From: Amphiscolops sp. MND2022
Lineage: Eukaryota
Direction of reading: 5' to 3'
DNA: 64,000 nt
Assembly (NCBI GenBank): GCA_964187785.1
Contig: OZ076409.1
Coordinates: 93,994,001-94,058,000, forward strand
Shown here in pieces: positions 1 to 9,920 of the stretch. Each line of letters begins with the position of its first letter. Within the stretch, counting starts at the first letter, position 1. A program made the position numbers and the translations under genes. The notes beneath the pieces are model-generated. The model was not told where the DNA came from, did not search any database, and saw only the letters and a list, made by a program, of their open reading frames with translations.

Positions 1-60
1 CACTATTAACAGGCCGTGATTTACAATGGGGAAAACGAATCAAAACACAATATGTAACAA

Positions 61-428
61 GCCGGGACCGGCCCAAGTCGGCGCCATGTCTAAGGCTCAA
101 AAATAGCAAAAGGACATCAAACTATTGGTGAATTGGGGACCATTTTATGCGAAAAAAGTTTTTGAAAAAAGTCTCACAACGCCGAAAAAACTGAAAAGGA
201 GGACCCTCAGGTCTTGTCCGGTATTGTATGTTACGCGGGAAAACTTTTTGGTTCAGTTCCTTAGTACAAGTACAATTTGGCGTCTCCTTAAAATTTTGTA
301 GAACTTTTGGGGTAGAACTATTTTGGTCACTTCAGGTGTATCGAAAAAAATTAAAAAATAAAAAAAACATTGACGATAAACCATGACTATAGTCGACTCT
401 CTTCTCTAGAAACGCGCCGACTAAAAAG
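61..428 (-). mobile_element. Helentron/DINE-1-like non-autonomous repeat (family A), reverse copy
   Basis: Reverse complement starts TTTTTAGTCGGCGCG and ends GAGCCTTAGACATGGCGCCGACTTGGGCCGGTCCCGGC, the same termini as the copies at 27846, 31696, 35985, 53711, 58533 and 59104. Confidence 0.6.
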
Positions 429-699
429 ACACATTGTTATCAAAAGAAAACATTGTTCCTATCCTCGTTTATTCATTTTCCTAGGGGCCACGGGCTTATA
501 CCATAGCTCAGTGATGCCCCGCCAGCTCTCTCCTCAGATTGCCGGGGCTCTCAGTTACAATAAAGAAAAAAGATTTACTGATCGGACTTTTGAACTTTCA
601 AGGCAGGCGTTTGTTTGTATCCTGATAAATATGCTCCTCATTTCATCATCAACGTCGTCACTTTTCTTCGTAAACGTTCTTCTCGTGCTTGTATAACTT

Positions 700-2160
700 T
701 TTTGCTGCTTCAACAAAGCCTACTTCGTTCTTCCAGTCAGCCTCTTCACTGTTGTGGACTAACATCTCTATTGACTTTGGCTACCAGATTGCTCTCAAGG
801 TTTGATACATAGGACAGGTTCTTAAGAAGTGGTGCGAGGTTTTTTCTTCTAACATGCAAATACCTGGCGGTGTAGAACATTTACCAATTTTGAATTTGAA
901 AGCTCTGAAATGAAATTACACCATCAAAAGCTGCACCATCTTGTTCATTTGAGATTTGCTTCGTTCACTGTGGTTTTGAAGCTTCGTCCGTGAAGGAAAT
1001 CTTCAATTAAACATCATACATTTCCTGTGATTTCGAGAGAATATAGCGTCCACAAAGTCCAGTCAACCCAAGCACTGTCGAAGGTTTTCTCCAAGCCCAC
1101 CGTAACTGCAACTGCAATTTGCATTGAGGCCCAAACAAGTCGGATATTGTTTAAGAGGTCAGCAGTCTATCGAGCTGTTGCTTTCCGATTCCGGAAACCT
1201 TCTTGACGAGGGTCGTCCATGTTGTTGCAATTTAGATAATTCATTATTTCATTTTTCAAAATAGGTTCGAGGAGTTTACCAACGTAAGAGGATTTAGTAA
1301 CGAGGCGAGAGATGCTTGTTTCAAGGTACGAGTCTTTCCCTGATTTAGGTAAAACACAACTTCATTGTTTCCGAAAGGTCAAGTCCTATTTGTGAGAGCG
1401 TTTTTACACAAGATAAAAATGAGTTCTTTAAGCTTGAAGATTCGGGTGGCAAACACCTAGGTTCGGGTCCATTTGTTTCAGCACAACTGGAGGGTTTCCA
1501 TCGGGATTCACACGTTTAAGGTTTTTTTCCAAATAGTATTCGGTTATATCGCATAGTTTCGCAATCTATCCTCTGCACGAAATATGGTTAGCTTCTTGCT
1601 CTGTTACATGCTTATAAAAATTTTCAACAAACGTTTCAGTTTTGAGATGGGTTCCTGAGAAAAACTCCTTGAAAAGCGTATCTGTACGCATTTTGTCATC
1701 CATAACTAGTAGCCCGATGTCGATGAGGACTTATGTTTGTGAATTTGAGTGTTGCCTGAAAAACTTCTAGTAATTTCTTAGGAGCGGTTGACCAGTCGTG
1801 TGATCTAGAACTTCGGTCTCTTTCTTTAAGCAATTTGTTTTGGCTTTTTGCAGCTCGAAGTTAAAGATTTTTTTACTTGGCTCCACTTGGTGTTGTTAAT
1901 AGGGTCCTAAAGTTTCTTGGTAAGTTCTCTACGAAAACTGGGTCAGCGTTGAATTCCAGTATGCTTTCGAGTGGTGGCTAATGTATCTTACTTGGACACT
2001 CTTCCTAAAGGTTTTTTGAATGATAATTTTAGTAATTTCCTACACACAGGCTGCATTACTGTTGGAATCTTGCCATTGGTTCACTTCGGCTGCTCGCTTT
2101 GCTGATTTTACGAAACTTTTTTCACTCAGGTTTTTTTTTCAGTTACGCCTCTTTGAAAGT
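700..2160 (-). pseudogene. Decayed non-LTR retrotransposon (LINE) ORF2 fragment
   Basis: Minus strand aligns by eye with the LINE at 5273-6632/22328-23990 (RQEGFRNRKATAR, VAVTVGLEKTFDSAWVD, MNKMVQL); many stops and frameshifts. Confidence 0.7.
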
Positions 2161-2620
2161 TCTGAGTCAAACTAGTTCACTACGATAGCGGTTGCTGTTC
2201 CTTCCACCTTGTCTTTTGTATATATAGATTATTCTACCGTACAAATAAATCAAAACTTTGCCGGCCATGATTTACATGTATGATGAAATAAAAAAGCACA
2301 GTTAGAGAATTAAAATATAACAGAAAAAGTTTAATAAAATGAAACACAGGATAGAGAGTCATAGATAGTCATGGGGTCGCGGGTACAGACCACCCGGCCC
2401 AGTTACACCTCGTCCGCTTCCTCCTCTAATTTCTGGGCCCTTAGTTAGAAGTAAAAAAACATAGATAGACAATGACTGGGCGGATATTTGACGTACATAG
2501 CAGACTTGAGCTTTTCTGCTGCAGAACTGTCCTCTTCCCTTTACAGCACAATAGGGAATGAAAAAAACTTTCAACCCAAACATTTTTCATGTCGACAAAC
2601 AGGTGCATACATGTTCTTCA

Positions 2621-4208
2621 CTACTCTGTTTTAATTTGTCCAGGTGTCGCGAAAGCTCCACGAAAGAGAATGCGTTTCCAATTCTCCCAATTGCAGCTTT
2701 CTAATAATTTCTCCAATTTCTTGTGTGGTTCACGGTGGCGTAGATTTGAATGAAAAGGACATCGGAAAACGAAATGAGCCGTTGTTTCTTCTGCAATCAA
2801 GCATGCGCACACTGGTGAGAAACTTTTTCCTATTAGAAATTGGAAATAACCTAGATTGGTATGCTCTGTCAATAGGTGCACCATTCGTCTAGTATGAGCT
2901 TTACTCAAGTGCTTGGGTAACACTCCTTCAATTTGGGCTTTTAATCCAGTGTTTCTAGACAAATTTAAGTTTCTAATTCGGTCATTTCTTCTTCTGTAAG
3001 CCAACTCTTACATTGATTCCTGACTGTAATACAGGAGTGAGCCGAAGCTTCTGCTATCTGCAACCAACTTCCTGATATTTGGTGACTTGCTGTTATTAAA
3101 AAGACAGTAAACGCGATCGTCTTGTTACTTCGATTGCGAATTTTGCCACTTGTGTTGCAATTTGAATATCAATGGGTACGTTATTTCCAATCAATTCTAA
3201 TAGCTCCTTCTTCGGATTGTGCGTCGAACAGGTTGACGGGTTTACAATTTCGGCCCAGAGTTGGGAGTTTCGGAACTTTTCACGGTGACCCCAAATGAAG
3301 GCTAAATATGTCCATTTAGGAATGACTATGGAATGACATAAAGTCCTAAAAGTATTGGGGATAATCGATTGGTTGCTCGAATAACTTCTTTTGACGCTTT
3401 CGAATGTTTGTATTGCTCCGTTGGTTGCTGCAGTCACTGGAGCTGCAGTACTTGGAGTCATCATAGGTGACAAACTGACCTTTTGCCAGCAATACACGGT
3501 GTATTGCAGGCAAAAGGTCAGTTTGTCACCTATGATGACTCCAAGTACCTTCACCGCATCGGTGATTTCTTTCTGATGTCCTTCAAAGTTCAGGCTGCCT
3601 TGGTTTTCAATTATGGTTGCCTTTTTGTCAAGAATCATCGCTTTAGTTTTGGTCAGTGGCGCTTTAACTCTCCACTTATTTAGCCATGTTGTCAGAATTT
3701 CGATGTTTCCCTGCATTACTTCCAGGGCCGGTGTGGCGTTGAGTCCAGATGAGAGGATGGTGAGATCGCCAGCGTATTCAAAACCGTCCATCTATGTTGC
3801 AGCACATCTCAAATACAAAAATGTTGAAAAAAAAACAGGAAAGAGAACTGACTCCTGTGGCATGCCAACGACTGATTTGAACTCAGCACTTCTGAAGCCT
3901 GTAGTTCGAATGTGGAATTTACGCTCTTCTATGAAGTTTTAGAATAGACTCCAAATCATACCATTAATTCCGAGATAATGCATCTTCAAGAGCAATCCAT
4001 GAATGAAAACTTGTGTTTCCGAAAGCCCTCTTGTCTCTGGTCCCCGAGATTGTTTTCGATAAGAATTTTCAGCATGCTTTTCTTGATGACCCTCTCTAAC
4101 AATTTTCCCGCGTATGAGCACTTCGTGATGGGACGATGCCTGCTGGTGTGTAAATACAGTATTTTCCAAATGCATTTGTTCAACCATAACTTTCTTGAAG
4201 AATGACAT
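2621..4208 (-). pseudogene. Decayed LINE RT and C-terminal Cys/His domain fragment
   Basis: SYAGKLLERVI..RQEGFRK, FEYAGDL (degenerate YADD), VKVLGVII, CACLIAEETTAHFVFRC spread over broken ORFs 3986-4312, 3096-3791 and 2621-3004. Confidence 0.75.
3448..3548. repeat. 101-bp near-perfect palindrome (50-bp arms, 1-nt spacer, 1 mismatch) inside the LINE fragment
   Basis: GTACTTGGAGTCATCATAGGTGACAAACTGACCTTTTGCC...GGCAAAAGGTCAGTTTGTCACCTATGATGACTCCAAGTAC. Confidence 0.9.
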
Positions 4209-4209
4209 A

Positions 4210-5273
4210 TTCGTAGAAAAACGCAGACTATAGTAGTGACTTTTTTTAAGACCAACGAAGTGACAGATTTTATGAGCTTTATAAGATGACTTGAACTAAC
4301 ACTAAATGCCACACTATTTCTACAGGCACTTAAGATAGAGGTTAATTAGGCTTGTTTTGAGGTCCCCTTTTACATTTTTCGGCACTATGCGACTTACCGG
4401 AGACCAAAAATATGAAAAAAAATCGATTTTTTCTCAATTTTTTCCTCATGCGGGTACTGTAGAAGAGAATACCCAGCACTTTGAAGTCCTTTTGCTATTT
4501 TTGAGCCTTAGTTATGGCGCCGACTTGGGCCGTTCCCGGCTTAATGGATGTTATTCCTAATTTGAAACTGATTTGAGGTATGAAACGTTCCTCGAATATG
4601 TCCTACCGAACCAAAGCCATGTGAACAAAGTCTGAAAGATCATTGTTTTTCAATCAATAAAGCCTGAATAATAAGTCAGAATTTGCCGGCAAATACGTAA
4701 AGTTTAAAGAAGTCAAAAGCCCCTCTACCATTGAGTTTTTGGTTGTAGTAGTGGTCTTATTATGACACCATTTGAGTTCTTTGGCTGTAGTATTGGTCTT
4801 ATTATGACACCATTTGCGTTTTTTGTTTTCGTTGTTTGGTTATATCATTTGTTTAATGGAAATGTAACCGTTGTTTTTATCTTGAACTGAAGATTTGCTG
4901 ATTTTTTCTTAAAAACTAACTATTTTAGATCTTATTCCGTTAGATCGTATTCTATTAGATCTTAGGCATTCTCCTATTTTCTCAGATCTTATTCCCTTCA
5001 GGTGTCTTAGATTTTAGGCGTTAGATCTTATTCCGTTTCCCACAACGAAACTAAAATTCTTGCCTCACTATAAATAGACTACAGCAGTTTGACATTTTAG
5101 TTCTGGTGGAAATGTTTGTCACAAAGACCTTGAAATTGAGTTTTCACTACACTTAAGCAAAGAGCTTTCGAACCAATAACGGGAAGACCTATGGGAGGAA
5201 TTACCGTCGGCGTTAGTAAATGCTTGAGAGTGACGGTGAAAATTACTGCTTCAGACCATCAGTTCCTAGATGT
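4210..5273 (+). repeat. ~1 kb direct duplication of 27861..28826 (composite of family-A repeat, MULE-like MITE end and flank)
   Basis: Near-identical from TTCGTAGAAAAACGCAGACT to CAGACCATCAGTTCCTAGATGT in both places, with two indels. Confidence 0.85.
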
Positions 5274-6632
5274 AAGAAGTGGTCTGCAGTTTCATCTTCT
5301 ATCATACAAGTACATAATGGGGTGAAACACCGGCCAATTTTAAATTTGAAGAATCCAAGATGACTTTGTTCTGACAGCAGCTGCACCATCTTGTTCATTT
5401 GCGATTTACTCAACCATTTCGGTAGCATTTGTTTTTCGTGAACTCTCAATACCAAATTGTCAATTGGGTTACTGCTTAATCTAACGTTCTACCGCTTTCT
5501 AATTTCGTTTGTCATCGTTTCAGGGTTGTAGGTATCAAGTTGGCCAGTATTCTTCTGTCTGCATTTACTTTTCTTGCAATTTGACTCGTATTTAACATTA
5601 GGAGAGAGCGAATGGGGTCACTTTCTTGTTGTTGCATCGCTTTTATGCAAAACTTCGCTGCGTGCGATTCTAATTGAATGTCTATTGGGACAAGAGTTGC
5701 AAGCAGTTCTAGCAATCTTTTTGGGGGATTCCAAGTTTTGCAAGTTATTAGTGCTATCATTTCGGACCACAGTGTTGAGTTTTGGAACTTGAGTTTGTCT
5801 CCCCACAGAGAAGCAAGATATGTCCACTGTGGGATAACAAACGATTGGCACAACTTTTTCAATGTATGTGGTTTAAAATTTTGAACATTTAGATAGCTTC
5901 GTTTTAAAATACCCAGGGTTTGCGCGGCTTTGTTGGTAGAGTTCTCAAACTGTTCTTTGAAACACAAATGCCTGTCGATGAGTATACCCAACACCTTTAT
6001 CGTTGAGGGGAATTCGACTATGGAACCGTCTAGCTCCAAGACAGGAACAGTTTCAACATTTTGTCTGTTTGATTTCTGGAATATAATGGCTTTTGTTTTC
6101 TCTGCAGATGCCTTAATACGCCACTTCTTCATCCACCAGACTAATTTATCAATATCCCGTTGAAAACACTCAATAGAATTTGACAGTGTGTCACCTACAG
6201 CCAGCAAAGTGAGATCGTCAGCATATTTGAAATCTTCACTTAGACAGTCCTTACAAAGGTCCATGACGAATATTGTAAATAGGATTGGTGATATTACTGA
6301 ACCTCGGGGAACGCCCACACTTGACTGGTACTCGTTGCTACAGTAATTATTCACTTTCATTTTGAATTTTCGTCGGTATAGGAAATCTTTAATCAAACAC
6401 CCGATTTTTCCAGTGATACCGAGAGAATAAAGTTTCCACAATAGCCCGTCGACCCAGACACTGTCGAATGCTTTCTCCAAATCCACTGTAACTGCAACTG
6501 GATTTTGGTTTGAGGCCCACGCAAGTTGAATGTTGTTTATTAGGTCAGTTATATATCTAGCTGTTGATTTCCGCTCCCGAAACCCTTCTTGACGTACGTC
6601 GTCCAGATCATTTGAATGCAGATAGTGCATGA
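5273..6632 (-). mobile_element. 3' part of LINE ORF2 (RT, thumb, C-terminal Cys/His motif) split by the Gypsy insertion
   Basis: RQEGFR..ST, DLEKAFDSVW, GVPRGSVISPILF, KYADD, KVLGILID, CTCMIEDETADHFL; reading frame continues across the TSD from 22328 (..ILKIRIM|HYLH..). Confidence 0.9.
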
Positions 6633-7014
6633 TGTTACGACTGTTCACCGGTGTAATTTTACGAGTAGTCGCAGTGGTTTTATTTTTGATCGGTGTTGAA
6701 GTTGTTTTCTGCGGGATGTTTTCGGATTCAGAATCTGTTTCTTCAGTAGCTGTTATGATGGTTTGTTTTTTAACAGGAGGAGCTATTAGTTTTAGCATCT
6801 CCTTTTGATTTTCAGCTAAGATTTTAGTAAGGTCAGACATAATCTCTTTCCTCAGTGAAGATCTGATTTCTTCCAAATTTTCAGCAAGTACTCTAGGAGA
6901 TTTGCTCGTTCCCGCTACGGGATTTAAGTTTTGGTTAGTCTCAGGTATTGGGGTCTCCATTTCAGTAGAAACTAGTTGTTCAACAGCTTTTCTCTTCTGG
7001 CTTCTAGTAGTCAT
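5512..7014 (-). CDS. Chimeric 500-aa ORF: 127 LTR-encoded Gag N-terminal codons fused in frame to LINE reverse transcriptase
   Basis: First 127 aa nearly identical to the Gag start at 20609; after the LTR end (6633) the sequence is LINE RT. Confidence 0.7.
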   Translation of the reverse strand: MTTRSQKRKAVEQLVSTEMETPIPETNQNLNPVAGTSKSPRVLAENLEEIRSSLRKEIMSDLTKILAENQKEMLKLIAPPVKKQTIITATEETDSESENIPQKTTSTPIKNKTTATTRKITPVNSRNIMHYLHSNDLDDVRQEGFRERKSTARYITDLINNIQLAWASNQNPVAVTVDLEKAFDSVWVDGLLWKLYSLGITGKIGCLIKDFLYRRKFKMKVNNYCSNEYQSSVGVPRGSVISPILFTIFVMDLCKDCLSEDFKYADDLTLLAVGDTLSNSIECFQRDIDKLVWWMKKWRIKASAEKTKAIIFQKSNRQNVETVPVLELDGSIVEFPSTIKVLGILIDRHLCFKEQFENSTNKAAQTLGILKRSYLNVQNFKPHTLKKLCQSFVIPQWTYLASLWGDKLKFQNSTLWSEMIALITCKTWNPPKRLLELLATLVPIDIQLESHAAKFCIKAMQQQESDPIRSLLMLNTSQIARKVNADRRILANLIPTTLKR

Positions 7015-8733
7015 TTTAGAGAGAGAGAGAAGTTGTTCTTTGGAAAACTAGAATTCTTCAAAGAAATATGGGTTTTAGAAACGAAGTATCAGCGTAGCAA
7101 ATTAAAAACCGATTAACAGATTTTACATATTTCCTGGTATGTATACTTTCATAGCAACATTTGTGCCTCACCTAAAAATTCCTAGGAATCCTTAGAATTG
7201 GTTTTGTTCATCAAAAATGCTTAATCATCCTTCTTATTTCAACCCTTCAATTAATTATTCACGAATTAAAATTCCTAGTTACGGCTCCCTTACGGAGTAC
7301 TTTGTTGAAATCATTTTTGTTCATTATCATCATTTCCGGTTTGATCGCGGAAAAAGGCGGCAAAATGAAAGTCTAGTTGAATTTTCATCGAGAAAGGCAC
7401 GCTGGCGTGATCAATGATTCATCTCGAGACTAGTAAAATCGTCTGTTCACGGTAAAAGAATGACAAGCAAAACTGACTACGGAAATATCTCGGAGTGATT
7501 TTGGGTAAATGTGCTGAGAATATTTTGAAAAGAACAAATGATGCTGGAAACGGTTAATATCGATCAAGAGCTGAGATAGCAAGCAACATAACACAAAATC
7601 ATTTTGAGCTTCTGAACTAATTTTACATGTATTGGAACATAATGGTTTGATTAATACAGATCAATGGCTCATTTAGCCCAAAGAACATAACATGACCAAT
7701 GTACAAAATGCCTTTTTCCAATATGGAGGAAAGCACCTTTCTTTTAGTGATTTCCTTTGTTTTAAACTGTAGTACGATCATTTTGACTAGTTATTAAGCA
7801 GAAACAATCCGGAAAGGTATTATCTCAATGTTATGATATTTTGAACATTCCGTTTCAGTTCCGTATATCTTGATATATTAAAGCAATATTGGCCTTGCAG
7901 TTTTTTCCTTTAGTCGTTCTATATGTATTAACATTAGGCATAACCTTGTCATTTTACAATTTGCTCCGTAAGCGCTCCGTACATATTAAGATTAGGTATA
8001 GCTTCATCGCATTGCAATTTGCTCCGTAAGCGCTCCGTACGTATTAAGGTTAGGTATAGCTGAGCGGCGCTTGCTTGCGGAGACAGAGCGGACGGCATTA
8101 ACAAATTCATTCTTATTCTCTTGCTCAATTGGCGTTGCTATGGTAACTAGGAATGGTGAAAGACGACGCTATTGGTCCGTAAAAATAGAAACATCTACTC
8201 TTCAATCAAGCTGAGTGACGCCGTCATTACGTTGTAGATAATCTCTTAAGTTGCTTAACTGCATTCTTAAGTGGATATTCACAACTATTCAATCATTGGA
8301 AAACAAATCCGCCATTCTCTTTGTATGTTCTTTCATTTTAGATTGTATGGATTCCGTTGGGACCTCGGAATCGAATTTCATTTTGATGTTTTCATTTTAG
8401 TGTGGAGAAGAAAAAAGGTCCCAAAGTTAGGAATGTTTTTAATTTGTTATTTAGATCTGTATGGAATTTTCAGCTGACGAAACCGGAAGTGACGGAACGG
8501 TTACGCATGAAAACTTTATACCGGAAGTTTCGTTCCGTCTAAAAATCACTTTTGGCTATTTAACTTATCGCTTTCCTTAGACTTAATTCGTGCTACAGTT
8601 TGAACAAAGGTAGGTTTTTGATTAAGGTTTACTTGTACTCATCTTTGCATTGTTCTTCCGTGGCCTTTGCCTCTTGAGAACTGCGGAATTTCTCCGCAGC
8701 AAGAAAAATCCCGACCGGGAGCGGGTCGTGACA
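6633..8733 (-). repeat. 3' LTR (2101 bp)
   Basis: TGTTACGAC...GTCGTGACA (imperfect terminal inverted repeat); near-identical to 20228..22327. Confidence 0.95.
8134..8147. promoter_or_regulatory. RFX X-box-like palindrome in the LTR, flanked by CCAAT boxes (second copy 21728..21741)
   Basis: GTTGCTATGGTAAC matches the X-box consensus; ATTGG on both sides; ETS-like CCGGAAGT at 8483 and 8521. Confidence 0.55.
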
Positions 8734-9373
8734 GGGCGCCTCTATATCCAGTTGTCCACGGTTTGGGGCAGTGTGGGATTTCTCTAGTGATGAGCACTGG
8801 CTGCTTGCGTGGTCTCGTCAGCTTGGTAGAAGTGAAGCGAGTCCCACGTCCGCACGTCGGGCTGTATTCCAGGCTGTTTTGTAGGTTTAAGCCATAAGCA
8901 TTTTCAATTTCTTCAACTGGCGGTTCCATCAAGTCGTCGAGTCTGTCAACTTTTGCAGGCGGTCCGTTGTACGGGAGTTTTTCGTTGGTCACGTCTCGTA
9001 AGACAACCGCAGAAAGCAGTGGGGGCAGTTGATGGGGGGTGTCCGGTTCTTCAAAGTAACTTTCGTCGGACAGGGTGGCAGCTTGATTTTCCACCATGAA
9101 TTCTTCTCCAGGGCTTATTGCTCTGAATGTGATTTTTCTTGGAGACCCAATTGTTTCAAAGGTGGATGCGGAAATGTCCGATAGGTTAAGGTCGTTAATA
9201 GACGACATCATTTCTCCTGCACTTCCTTTTGTTGCTTCTAATGATGATCCCGAGAGATCTAGCGTGGTTATTACATTGATAGGCAGTGCTTTGATGGGGG
9301 TGCTCTGCCGCATGGTGTTGGTTCGTTCTTCTTCATCTGAAGAGATATCTATAACCAAGTCGTAATGGTTCAT
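8639..9373 (-). CDS. Accessory sense ORF of the retrotransposon (244 aa, S/T/P/E-rich, N-terminal SIM-like motif) running into the 3' LTR
   Basis: Uninterrupted ATG ORF; LVIDISSDEEE near the N-terminus; no signal peptide or TM segment evident, so not env-like. Confidence 0.55.
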   Translation of the reverse strand: MNHYDLVIDISSDEEERTNTMRQSTPIKALPINVITTLDLSGSSLEATKGSAGEMMSSINDLNLSDISASTFETIGSPRKITFRAISPGEEFMVENQAATLSDESYFEEPDTPHQLPPLLSAVVLRDVTNEKLPYNGPPAKVDRLDDLMEPPVEEIENAYGLNLQNSLEYSPTCGRGTRFTSTKLTRPRKQPVLITREIPHCPKPWTTGYRGALSRPAPGRDFSCCGEIPQFSRGKGHGRTMQR

Positions 9374-9479
9374 TTTTCTAATCTTGGCTTTGGAGAAGTT
9401 ATTTCAATCAAACTTTTCTTTGCGATTAATATGCGGCAAGTGAAAAAGGTTAGCTTTCTTTCGATCGTAATTTTCCTGC

Positions 9480-9660
9480 ATCCTTATTGGCTGTTATTTT
9501 TATTTCATTTCAGTTCGTTTCATCTTCGGAAAGCGTTTCACTTCCATCTGTATTGTGATTGGCTGAGCCGTAAGAATAAAAAGTTTTCTACATTTGAACT
9601 TCGTCGTGACGTCACCAATTTCTTTCCGGTGATGATCCGTGTGACGTCATACTTTAGAAA
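9480..9660. promoter_or_regulatory. Candidate internal bidirectional promoter
   Basis: Two perfect CRE palindromes TGACGTCA (9607, 9642) and several CCAAT/ATTGG between divergent ATGs at 9373(-) and 9921(+). Confidence 0.5.
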
Positions 9661-9920
9661 ATGACCTGTTTTCCTTTTAGGACATTCAACTAATCAGATT
9701 TATTCTTTGGTTTTCCTTTGTTTTGGGAGTGATATGCTCTCATCAGCGCTTCATCAGGCTTGTGTGATATAAGATGAATGGCGTATTTTTCCTTTTCTTG
9801 GTCGTGATTAAATGATTTTGGGTTCATTTCTTATTTTTATCTTCCGGAGCGTTTTCGTTGCTCTTCTCTTGTTTGACCTGTTGTTTTCTTTTAGATTGCT
9901 TCTGAAGATTTTGCTCTCTT

